Source: Octopus vulgaris (lineage: Eukaryota). Taken from it: DNA of 64,000 bases. Numbering within the stretch: the first letter of the stretch is position 1; each line of letters opens with the position of its first letter. The notes below the pieces were generated by a model, which saw only the letters and a program-made list of their open reading frames with translations, ran no database searches and had not been told where the DNA came from. Shown in pieces: positions 13,369 through 24,946 of this stretch. Made by a program: the position numbers and the translations under genes. The stretch covers positions 62,496,001 to 62,560,000 of the forward strand of contig OX597814.1 of assembly GCA_951406725.2 (NCBI GenBank). Reading direction: 5' to 3'.

Positions 13369-14800
13369 ACGCACACAAGCGCACGCACTCACATCCCCTT
13401 TCTATCTCTCACATGCATACACTTCTTTACATTTACTCACTTCGTCGGTTTTCAAGACAGGAAACATTGAAATGAGCTGATGTAGTAGCTGTTGCTGTTA
13501 TTTTAGTTTGTCCCTTGTCAGTCCCGAGTAAGATGATTACACACACATAAAAAAAAAAACGTACACAAACAGGGAAACTCGGCAAGTATATTATTTTTTT
13601 ACCTTTGTCATAATAGAGCCTAGATCTAGCAAACAGTTACAAACTCAATATAATCGTTTCATTGACACACATCCATAAACATACACATATAAACACAGAT
13701 GTATATAAACACATACATTCCATTGTCAGCTGGAATACTTACACACAGAAGCAGATATATGCATACAGATGCGTACTCGTGAAGAAACTTCAGTTTCATA
13801 AACGCTTCATTAAAATTTCCTATATTTTACAGCCGGAGTCATACGCACAAACACATTGGATGTTATCGTTTTCTTTCATAATGTCCGATTTTATTCAAAT
13901 TTTCTACTCTGATGCAGATTTGTGTGTTAATTTAAAAAATAACATTCATTTTTTACACAAAGGATAAAAATTTACAAACCATTGAAGTTTGAAATTTTAG
14001 CCCTCTACCACCACATGAACTTGTAGAGATACGAGTCAATCGTAGAAGAATGAGCGCAACAGCGATTTTTGTTTACTGACTGAAGGAGACTGAATCGATA
14101 ATAAATACTGGAACTTATTTCCATGAGCTCCAGCGGGATGTAACTGGTACAATCCATTCTGGCTCGATTTGTCAATAATGACGTCTTGATACCACAGTGT
14201 ATTTACTTTAAACCGTTTATAAATAATTGATATTCACTAAACATGAAGAAATCACACCTATGATAATTATGCCTTCATTATTAATGAACCCCATACAACT
14301 AACGTTTTCGGAAAACTTACAGTTGACCTCACAATCTCCAGTCAGTTTTCATGCCGACCACTCACCAATAATATAACTAAGATTACATTTCGAATATAGT
14401 TTCTATTTGTAAGACAGGTAATATCTCAAAACTAATTGAACAGTTACAGAATCCTTAAACAGCATAAGTATTTTCTTCTTGGATACAATCCAATCAATAA
14501 TTAGTTAACTCTGTTATATTTCTAATGTGTAAAATGTCATGAAAATTGTTAGTTGATGACCAATTTCTTTTACTACATGTCTAAATATATCTTGGCTTTT
14601 AGAGATTAAAACTATCTCACATTAATTTATTATATTCCAGTATTTCTCACACTGTAAATCGACTAATGTGTATGTTAGAAATAGTGTAAAACTGTTGATA
14701 AATTACATTTGTAATAATTTGCTAGAATTACAAAAGATAAAGGTATGGTGTCTCAGAAATTAATTCATATTTCAGTATCTCACAGACACTGAAATATGAA

Positions 14801-15342
14801 CTAGCTTAAAAGCTGCACTGAGTGCAGACTTTTAAGCTGGCTCATGCGGTCCAAAACTAAAGGGAGCTAAATAGCATGACTATAATACGTCTGTAATGAC
14901 TATATTCCCCGGTGTTGTTTGATCAGAGGTTAAGGGTGGATGAAAATTAATTCTATAATGCAATCATTCTATTGTTCTAGTCTCAAGTTGAATTCCAACT
15001 GTTGGAAAATTTGTTCCAAAATTTCTTATCTCGACGTAAAATTAACGAAGCAAATGTCATTTTTCTCCCCCTTGATCTCCGACGTCATCTGACAAACGCC
15101 AACCAATATACCATGAATCAACCAAGCTTTACCTGCTAGAAATTGTAATCCAAATACTTTTAAATCAGACCCCGATTCTGGATATTCAAGAACCAAATGA
15201 AGGCCAGATTTTCAATCATGGGATCATCCTGATTCCAAAAAGGTATAATATGTCTATGTAGAGCAAATGTAGACTGAGATACAAGGGTCACAGACAGACA
15301 GACAGACAGACGGACAGAATTTCACTTTTATTAGTAGAGAGA
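14801..15342 (-). mobile_element. Non-autonomous Helitron-like element
   Basis: On the minus strand it starts TCTCTACTAATAAAAGTG followed by (GTCT)n. It ends with the hairpin AGCTTAAAAGTCTGCAC-TCA-GTGCAGCTTTTAAGCT and CTAG followed by T. Confidence 0.7.
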
Positions 15343-15659
15343 ATATACAGCTGTTGCACATTCTTTATTGTATGCATATTTGATATAAGAGAGATACTGA
15401 AATATGAATTAATTTCTTAGATATTACTTATTTTGCTGTTGTACAATAGGCTAACAAAAAAAAAAGGTTGATATAAAAACAGTTAAGTTAGATATTATAC
15501 AGGTACATAGACTGAAAAATTTTTTTTGTATGAGAAGATTAGTCGATACTTTCGAGCCCAGAACTTAAGTTGTACTTTATTTTGTCGACTATAGAAGTGT
15601 AAAAAGGCAGAGTGTCCCGGTTGTATTTGAACATAGAACTTAGAGAGCTAGAATACATA

Positions 15660-15880
15660 CTGGTTTCAGATTTTAGCACAAGGCCAGCAATTTCGGGAGA
15701 GGAGATTAGTCGATTACATCGATTCCAGTCCTCAGATGTTACTTATTTTAACGGCCCTGGAAGGATGAAAGGCAAAATCGATCTCGGCCGAATTTGAACT
15801 CAGAACATAAAGACAACGAAATGCCGCTAAGCATTTTGCTCGGCGTGCAAACGATTCTGTTAGATCTCTGACTTCAGCCA
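15660..15880 (-). mobile_element. Family-1 SINE
   Basis: AAGGATGAAAGGCAAAATCGATCTCGGCCGAATTTGAACTCAGAAC is the reverse complement of the core and B-box. Confidence 0.85.
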
Positions 15881-16177
15881 GAATAAATATTGTAAAATAT
15901 TTTGTCCGACATTGTAACGCAGTCGGAAAGCATTAGTTGATTAAATGTAAGTCACACTGGACTGTAGCTTTATCCTATCAACCCCTGAGGAAGAGAAGGC
16001 AAAATTGACTTTGGCGTTTGAAATCAGAATGTAAAGACCGTAGAAACATCGCAACGTACTATGTCCGATGCTCTAACGATTTTTACAATCCAGTGATCTG
16101 CAGACATCGAAATATAACTGAGTAATCAAGGGTGTATCCAAGATGTCTAACACATATGCAGCTCTTAGTTAAACAAA

Positions 16178-16385
16178 TGCGTATGTCGCTGGCCATTCTC
16201 CGCGGCAGTACCATCGCAGTCATTACCGGGGGACGCGACTAAGCACACCCATTTGTTCTGCGGTATGTGGCCCATCGTCCCCTCCCCTCCATCTTCTGCT
16301 GCCTTACCTCTCCTTTTTTCTTTCTTTTCTTTTCTTATCTCTTTTAAACCCTATTTCTTTGTTTTAAATGTTATAATAAATAAAG
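16178..16385 (+). mobile_element. 3' end of a CRE-like (RLE) non-LTR retrotransposon
   Basis: RMSLAILRGSTIAVITGGRD* matches the C-terminal RLS(L/V)AI(L/Q)RGNA motif. It is followed by a pyrimidine-rich UTR and AATAAATAAA. Confidence 0.55.
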
Positions 16386-16810
16386 TCGCTGGTATTATAA
16401 TACGTACACTTACGAAGAAATTTCAGTTAAAATATATTTCAATAAAATTTTCTCAGTCCTATGTCCAAAATCACACACAGAAACAATTATTGGCTCTTAT
16501 TCTTATCTGTTACAATGTCAGATTTTGTTCAAATTTTCTTGACTGACATAGTGGGATATATTAATTACGAAAATGTCACAAATTATTTATAAAAATTTAC
16601 AAACTGTCAAAGTTTGGAATTTTAGCCACTCGAAAGTCACTATTATCGGCAATAATAATTTCTATGTAATGATTAAAAAAAAAATGCATTACAAAACCTT
16701 GAAAGCTAATTTTTTTTTCTGACGAATAAAAAAAAATAACCTAAAGAAAATGTTTGAATGAAAATAATAAAAACGAATTAATGAAATAAAATTATTCTTT
16801 ATATATGAAA

Positions 16811-17260
16811 TCTTTTATATATAATCCGTTCTGTCTGTCTGTCTGTCTGTGTGTGTGTGTGACTTCTAGGATTTCGGGCATCCTCCATCCGATTGCGCTC
16901 AAATTGGATATGTAGATACCGACGGTATCAGGGCGTGTATAAGTCTTGAAAAAATTACAAAAATTGATTGCAGGTGAGAATGCGATCGATAAAGCCGTGG
17001 GAAATCGTTTTTCTTTGCAATAGAAAAAAAGTCTATCTTTATTTCTTCTTTTGCTGGTGTCTTAAATTTAGGTTAAATCAGTGTTTCTCAAAGAGGAGGC
17101 CTATGGGAAGGTCGGACAAATTTTGAGAAAATCTTGTTTAAATGTTTGACAACTCAGCACTGTCCATTGGACGGGGGTGGGGGCGTTTTGCTCGTATGTA
17201 ATATTTACCAAAAGGAAAGAAAAAAACGTATAGCGTAACATATAGCTATGCTATATGTTT
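16811..17260 (+). mobile_element. 5' part of a non-autonomous Helitron-like element
   Basis: A|TCTTTTATATATAATCCGTT followed by (CTGT)n(GT)n and ATCCGATTGCGCTCAAATT. No clear CTAG 3' end. Confidence 0.5.
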
Positions 17261-17974
17261 TCGGAAGAGGCCGCAATTTTCATACCTGCGCCATCATAAT
17301 GAACTTGAAATGATAACAGTCTATCGTAAAACGATGAGTGTCGCAGTGCTGATTAATTACTAACTGAAGGAATCTGAATCACTAACAAATTCTAGAACTT
17401 ATGTCAATGAACCTCAGAGTGATTTACTGACACAATCCATTCTGGCACGATTCGACGATAATGACGTCTTAATACGATAACGTATTAGCTCGTTTATTTT
17501 TAGCAAAATATAACAACGTTTTTGTTCACGTATCTGTTGTCATGGCAACATCTGATGCTAAACTTCAAAATATCTGAGTACATATAATATTTGCATTTTT
17601 TTTGTCTGTCTTTACGTTCTGAGTTCAAATTTCGCCGATGTCGACTTCGTCTTTCACCCTTCGGGATCGATAAATTAAGTACCAATTGCGTACCGGGGTC
17701 GATCTAAACGGCTGGCCCCCTCCCCCAAAATTTCCGGCCTTGTGCCTAGGGTAGGGAAGAATGTTTGCGTTTTCAATATCTAATTGTTCTTGCAGTAGTT
17801 AAAATTTTCTGAATGGTATATATTGTACACATCATAATAAGAATCTTCTTTGAACTCAGGTAACTTTTAATATATATTGCCATCTATTTCATTTTATCGA
17901 TATCACATTTAAGTCTTACATTTTGATTCTGTCCAGTGCATTGTGCATGTTAGCAGAATTTCACTGAGACAAAT

Positions 17975-18480
17975 AAATAAGTTTAAGTATCTCGGAGCCT
18001 TATTTACGACTGATGGGACGTAGGAAGCAAAATCTGATGTTAGAATTACAGGTGCCAGTGCTGTAATGTGACAGCTCCAGCATTCAGAAGAGGAGAGGTT
18101 GGTAAAATAGCCAAAAACGCTTTGTTCAATTCAGTTTTCGTGCTTATCCTCACCTACGGTCATCAATATTCGGTAATGACGGAAATAGTACATTGCAAAT
18201 AAAAGGGGCCGAAAGGATTTTTGGGGTAATGTTACTCGACAGGGTGCAGGGTTTGGAGATCAGGAGGAATCTCTCCAGGTCGAGCTGCTAATTCTTCTCA
18301 TTGAGAGATCACAATAAAGAATCGCTAGACGACTTCTTCAAGCCGAGTTAACCAGCAAGAGACTTTGGGGTAGAGAAAGAACGAGATGATCGAATAGTTT
18401 CCATAGTATCAGCTGGTTATGCTTGGGAGTCTAACCAGAAAGGGTAGTGATAATTACTTCTGATAGGACCCTATATAGAC
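17975..18480 (+). mobile_element. Decayed RTE-clade LINE ORF 3' fragment
   Basis: KFKYLGALFTTDG..ASAVM, FNSVFVLILTYGH, LLDRV, IERSQ, RRLLQAE..KR..GRERTR. Confidence 0.8.
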
Positions 18481-18489
18481 TCATAAGGC

Positions 18490-18698
18490 TGACTTCCCGG
18501 TTTGTGTGGCATATAAGTTCCACACCTGGATGGGACGCTGGTCCGCTGCAGTGTTCCTCATTTTCACCAGCTGAGTGGACTGGAGCAACGCGAGATGAAG
18601 TGTTTTGCTCAAGAACACAACGCGTCACCCGGCCCAAGAATCGAAACCATAATGTTACGATCATGATGCCAACGCTCTAACCACTAAGCAATGCACCT
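18490..18698 (-). mobile_element. tRNA-derived SINE, family 3
   Basis: Minus strand GCTTAGTGGTTAGAGCG (A box), GGTTTCGATTC (B box), then TGTGTTCTTGAGCAAAACACTT..TTGCTCCAGTCCACTCAGCTG. Confidence 0.8.
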
Positions 18699-19788
18699 AC
18701 ACTCATGAACAGTTAAAGATTCGAATTTTAGCCATTCAGAAGTCTCTATTATACAACACACAAGAAGTCACAATTTCCATTTGTTGACAGAAACTGAAAA
18801 TATTTGGAAAATTTAGGAATTGTTTTAGATAAATTGAATTTTATGAAAAACATAACAAAGCCCATATAAAAAAAGAAAAAAATTATGAAATAAAATGAAA
18901 ATGTTATAGAACTTTAGATATGAATATAAAAATAGAATGAAAAGTTCAGAAATGAAAGAAAGAAAGAAAGAAAAGATGTCAATAGCAATGAAATTGTGTT
19001 ATGCATCCAAACTGCTTTTGCAAGCGTCGTAATTTTCGTGCCTCCACCACCACATGAACTTGTAGAGATAAGAGTCGATCGTAGAACGATGATTGTTAAA
19101 ACGCTGTATATTTACTGGTTTAGGAAGTCTACATTGAAAATAAATACTGGAACTTATTTAAATGAACATCAAGGAGAAGTAAATGACAATCAATTCTGGT
19201 ATGATTTGACGATAATGACGTGTTAATATTGCGATGCGATATCTTGTTCTCTTCAGCAAAATACAACGGTCTGATCAGGTGTCTGTCGTCATGACAACAA
19301 ACAGTTGTTGCTTACAGTTAACTGTAAAATATCTATGATATGTAATATTTGCCTTAGTGAAGTCTTCTATATTTTATTAAAGAAAAAAAGATATTAAAGT
19401 TTAAAGAGTTAATACGTTTTTAATATCTGATTGTTCGTGGAATAGATAAGATTTCCTAAGTTTTCCTAATATCTCTTATACATCTTGGTAAGAAATCTTC
19501 CTTTAACTCACATAACTTTTAATACATTTTGTCTTCTATTTTGTTTTATCGATATTGCATTAAGTATTACATTAGAAAACTTTTAATGATGGTTACTCTT
19601 TTTCAATTGAAAGAAACACTTAATCCAACTAAAGTTTACAATGATTCAAAATAGAAAGATGTAATTAAACCAAGACATGTTTGGACAAAATATTTTTACC
19701 AAAAACCGTTTTATAAATAATTGATACTCACCAAAGACATCAAGAAATCATACCTTTGATAATTATGCTAATAATATTTATTAACACC

Positions 19789-20175
19789 AAGGCGGTGAGC
19801 TGGCAGAAACGTTAGCACGCCGGGCGAAATACTTAGTGGTATTTCGTCTGCCGCTACGTTCTGAGTTCAAATTTCGCCGAGGTCGACTTTGCCTTTCATC
19901 CTTTCGGGGTCGATTAAATAAGTACCAGTTACGCATTGGGGTCGATATAATCGACTTAATCCGTTTGTCTGTCTTTGTTTGTCCTCTCTGTGTTTGGCCC
20001 ATTGTGGGAAGTAAAGAAATAGGTATTTCGTCTGTCTTTACGTTCTGAGTTCAAGTTCCGCCGAGGTAGACTTTTCCTTTCGGAGTCGATAAATTAAGTA
20101 CCAGTTGCGTACTGAAGTCGACTGGCCCCTCCCCCATAATTTCAGGCCTTGTGCCCTGAGTAGAAAAAGATATTT
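19789..20175 (+). mobile_element. Family-1 SINE, well conserved, dimeric
   Basis: Near identical to 5357-5765. It splits the host block at ..ATTTATTAACACCA / ATTTATTAACGCCA (TSD-like). Confidence 0.9.
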
Positions 20176-20389
20176 ATTAACGCCATACAGACAAACTTTT
20201 CTGAAATTTTGCAATCTCCCATCACTGTTCATGTCAGCCACACACTAATAATATAACTAAGACTTCATCTCAAAGACAAAACAACTGCTGATTCGTTAAA
20301 AAGATTTTGTATTTTCTTGTTAGATACACTCCACGGGTAATTAGAGAGGTCAATCAAATATTTAATGTATATATAAAAAAAAACTGTGT

Positions 20390-20590
20390 ATTCCTGCGTT
20401 CTCGGCCCTTGGACCATATTCATGCTCAACGCTTTTGGGGCAGAGATGGCTATCCGCAGGTGCGATTTCCGTGAGCCAAAGTGACAGTTCTGGCTATCCC
20501 CTTCGCCATCCTTCGGGGCAACACCTTTTCCATTCTGTTTGCTGGGATCATGAGGCGGCCTGAATTACAGGAAATCAAGAGAATGTAAGA
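20390..20590 (+). mobile_element. CRE-like non-LTR retrotransposon C-terminal fragment
   Basis: SCVLGPWT..LNAFGAEMAIRRCDFRE and, after a frameshift, FAILRGNTFSIL. This matches ETxGxxGP..GDxRE..AIxRGNA. Confidence 0.65.
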
Positions 20591-23048
20591 ATTTCGTAGC
20601 CTACTACACGAACAATAAACTAATACTAAACTAATAAAACTCCTCACGCATAGATTCATTTAACAGATCCCAAATTCCTAACTAAATGGTGCTGATAAGA
20701 TCCAAGGAGCTTGTAATAACAGCTGTATGCGGGTGATAAGGATCAGACCCGTCGCCAGATTTTGGTGCCAGTGAGTGCATCAGAATGTTCTTTGTATTGC
20801 AAAAAGATTTTTGTGAACTGTATTTTCTAAATCTGAAGGTGCACCATTGAATCGAGAGGGGGCGTGATAAGGATTCTGATGTGTCAGGTAAAATAATAAT
20901 TGGTGGTCAATTATTTTTCTACATATCAATATTGACTTTTACAGATTGTCATTATCTCAGCTATTAAACTTTTATAGTTTAGTATTTCTCAAACTGTACA
21001 TCAAGTAATGTGTATGACAGAAATTGTGTAAAACTACGCCAAAATTGATTTATAACCATTCACTAGAATTACAAAAAGTGTAGGGTAGTGAAATCTTAGA
21101 AATTAATTTACATTTCAATATTTCACTTATAACGAATATGCATTATAATTCAGTATTGAGTATTTTTATTATCAAAGTATGTATGTTAGAAGGCGGTGAG
21201 CTAGCAGAATTGTTACCGCATCGGCCAAAATTTTTAGCGATATTTCTTCCGACTTTTTTTTACTGATTTCAGTAACTGTCGTAGTTATCTTTGTCTTTCA
21301 TTCTTTCAGAGTCAATAAAATAAGTATCAGCCAAATACTGGGGTGGATGTAATCGACTAATCTCTGCCCTGAAATTGCTGGCCTCGAGCCAAAATTTGAA
21401 TGGGTGTAGGTGGTGAGTTTTGCCTAACAACATTGGTGGTGACGGCAAACATAATGATTACGCATTAGGGTTATTTAGATGGTCGCTGGGCAAGCTAGGA
21501 AGAGCAACCAAATTTTACATTTACTTACACTATTTCGTCTGCAATCGTGTTGTTTGTAAACATTTATAATGTAATTGTGGTTTCATATATGTGTGTGCAT
21601 ATCATCATTCATTTAACTTTTACTTTTCCATATTTGCATGAGTCGAAAGGAATTCGTTGAGGCAGGTGTTCTGCAGCCGAAAGCCCTTCCTGTTTCTAAG
21701 TTAAACGATCTTTCTCCATGGCCAGGCATATTTTCACGGGAGACTGGAAACGCCCATTTACAACTATCATACGATTTGTAAATAACGAGACACAAACACA
21801 CATACACATGCACACACACATATGTGTATGCTTTTTGTAAAGGTGAGATTTTGTAAAGAAAGTCAAAATGTTAAAATTTAACGCCGGAATGAGAAGGGGG
21901 AAAATGAAACAAAAGTTGAAATTTCCAATAACTTTTCTACTGATTCTCTATCTGCGATACCGAATCAAGAGAAAACCTAGAAATCTGATAAAATTTCTGG
22001 AAAGAGTTACAAATGAAAAAAGTTGCACAATGGTGTTCAGTTTGAAATCCCACTGCATCGATGCACTATATAATGTCATCCCTATTTCATGGTTTTGATT
22101 TGAGGAAATTTGTCACCAATTTCTGGCTGGTTGAACGGTTATAAAGAGAATCCTGTGGCTCATTATTTCCTACAAAACACTTGCTACTGCTAAAATGATA
22201 TCATTATGCTAGCTTGTTGGCTCTAGTGTAAATTTAAAAGAATTCACACAAGCAGACGAGCAGATGTTCAATTTTATCGGGTTTTAATTAAACATTTTAA
22301 CATTATCCTCATGAAAGATATGTGATTACCAAGTTGATTTATTAAGGAAGGTTAATCTAGCATTCACATGGTCAAAAACATTTTTCATGAATAACGAGAT
22401 TCATTATTTAGTTAAGTTCTGTCTCCTGTCTCTGTCGTTTCACAAACGAAGTATCACATTTGGTATATGGTAGTGAAAGATTTGACTGAATTGTTCTAGA
22501 TCCGCCAACTCTTTACAAAGCCTCTGGTACTTAGTTAAAACGAATGTTTTCGAATAAATATCAGTTAGGAATGATTGTATCATAAAGAATTTTATGTAAA
22601 TTTTCTTTGATTCTGGCTGTAGGTATTAGTGACATAAATAAGTTGGCCAATTTCTATGAAATCGAGATTAAGTCGTGTAGACAGTTAAGCTTCAATTTAT
22701 ATATTTTTTCTTTCCACACGTCTTAAACCTCAATTTGCAATATCATTTCTCTCAATACATCTCTTATAATGTAACACTATTTCTGATCACATACCATGAC
22801 AGCACATCCCACCGAATTTGGCCGGTACACTACAAATTATGTCGTTGTTCACTGACCATACAATTAATCAGATCGTTCATTACTTGACTGTTTCTTATTT
22901 AATTGGGTAGGATTGAATAAAAAGTCAGAAAGTAAAGAATATTAACTGCAATGCTTTGTGTAATGACGTCAACTGATGTCTGCTTTGTTAAATATTTTTT
23001 ATATTAGAAAACAAATGACGTTTAATGCGTTTTCCCAATATCTTATTA

Positions 23049-24946
23049 ATGAGAAAAGTTGACATGTATTTTTCTTAATGTTTTCTTGATATCACTGCTG
23101 CACATCTTGGTAAGTAATTATCTTCAATCTCACATATATAACATATGTTCTTTGTATTTTGTTTCAAAGACATAGAATCAGATTACTTAGTTTCGTTTCT
23201 ACATTCCAGAGTGTTTCCTTACTTTCAAGTTATCCTTGTTACACCGAAGTCAACATTGCAGCCAATTCAGCCAACATTTACAAAATCTCTAAATATTATG
23301 CATAAAAATATGAAATATATTTACTACAGGCCATGTTTATGTAGACTGTTGTCATTCATTTCTTCGGTCCAACTGAATATAGTCACCACACACATATATC
23401 ACAACCACGGGAACTGTACCTACACCACCAGGGATTATTTAATCGACGAACTACTGAGACTTTCACAAATGCTATACCTTCCAGATCTTAACATTTTCAT
23501 TATGACCACACAATAATGATACCGCTGCAACTCCCAAGAAGAATTTATCTTTAAAATTTACTTCAGAATTGTAAAGATGATGATACTCTACATGGCACAT
23601 GTACGACCTGCAGAATATGTCACACATCCGGGACATGACAGGAGTTACACTCGTTTTTGATTAATTCAAAAATACAAAAGACATAAAATCAATAAAATCT
23701 AGCCCCTAATTTAAGTTCTACAAAATAATTGTCAGTTAAGTTCTCAGATTCGACTGTCACCTTCCCAAAGTCTGTGACTATGCGCCAATTTTAGAAATCA
23801 TCATTACTATAAGGGAGGTTGTTGGCAGAATTTTGCCTGCTATATTTCCGAGTTTGATAAATTAAAATACCAATCAAGTACAGGGATTTATCTAATCACA
23901 AAAAAATCCTCACCCCTAATTTATGGCCTTGTGCCCACGCAATAAATAAATATGTTATGTGTCTCCGAGTTCTTTAGGTTTCATCCTTCCTGGATCAATA
24001 TGAGGAGGTACTGAAAAGTTCCTGGTTTTAAAGGTGTCGCGAAAGGCCTGATTGGAAGTCTAACCTTCCGAGTTCTTTTACAGGGATTAGAAAAACCAAA
24101 GGACCGCTGCAATAAGAGTGTGATGTGAGTCTCAGAAGGGAATATGTTGAATAAAATCATAATTAACTGATCCCCTTATATTTTCTTTTACTCAAAGCCA
24201 GGAACTTCTCTGCACCTTCGTGTAAAATAAAGTACCAATCAGGTATCAATATCCAGAACACGTCTCTGTGTGCTTCTGCTAGAAATCTCTAATATTGCTA
24301 AATGTAAACGGTAAACATTTATGATAAGGAAGACTTCCATTGAAAAGTGTGACATGGCAGGGTAATGACACTACAAATAAACACAGTCGTCAATAAATGA
24401 AAAACTTTCTTTTGGGGTGAGGGGAAAAGAAAAGTATAATCAAATAAATATATGGCACGGATGGCATATGGTATTTGATGTTCATTTTATTTAATTTAAC
24501 ATCTCTTGTTGATAAAATTGCGACTACAAAAGTTAGTCTTGTGAATCTAGATAAATTTCGTTAGTTGACTCTCTGTTACACTTTATTAAGAAACAGCCTG
24601 ATGTCTGGTTAAAAAAAAGAAACAATTGAAGTAATTTTTATAGGTATTGATGGCATAAATTGGCTGATTACTATTGAAAACTGGAGCTCAGTCATGTATT
24701 CACTTTTCTGGAAACTTTGCACCATCTTTACAAATGTCGATAATTCTTAAATACCACATACATCAGTTTCTTTTACAACCTATCGCATGGTATCTAACGG
24801 ATATTTCACAGCAAAAGATTAATAATTTAATAACATTTTTATGTTCATTCCACATGTTCCTCTCATATTGTATGTCTTTCAGATACTGTTAGGAGTTATA
24901 TGTGATGCTGACGTTCATGTTTGTCATTACTTCGAAATATTTCTAA
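23049..24946 (+). pseudogene. Decayed secreted EGF-repeat (MEGF10/CED-1-like) gene relic 1
   Basis: Exon 1 at 23049-23109 (KLTCIFLNVFLISLLHIL|GTAAGT). Acceptor TACAG|23330 is followed by HVYVDC, FFGP, GNCTY, YRCN and NCKDD..HGTCTTC. Terminal exon TTTCAG|24883-24946 has the hydrophobic tail MLTFMFVITSKYF*. Many stops and indels. Confidence 0.5.
24001..24220 (+). mobile_element. Internally deleted mariner derivative inserted in an old SINE
   Basis: TIRs TGAGGAGGTACTGAAAAGTTCCTGG / CCAGGAACTTCTCTGCACCTTCG. Transposase C-terminal remnant FFLQGLEK.KDRCNK..GEYVE*. Confidence 0.8.

Larger units (their letters stand above)
1..21150 (+). repeat. Degenerate tandem segmental duplication (about 5 rearranged units of roughly 3-6 kb)
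   Basis: Non-TE blocks recur in similar order. 'TACATCTTGGTAAGAA..TTTTATCGATAT' occurs at ~45, ~6690, ~11145, ~17830 and ~19480. 'AAGAAATCACACCTATGATAATTAT' occurs at ~260, ~11420, ~14245 and ~19742. 'TATAAAA..CTATCATTAG' occurs at 3292, 7535, ~8920 and 12635. Confidence 0.85.

Noticed and set aside
18996-19226. 76-aa ORF with homologs at ~6230, ~14010 and ~17290
   Set aside because: The frame is not conserved between copies, and the 3' half resembles an old reverse family-1 SINE that was co-duplicated.
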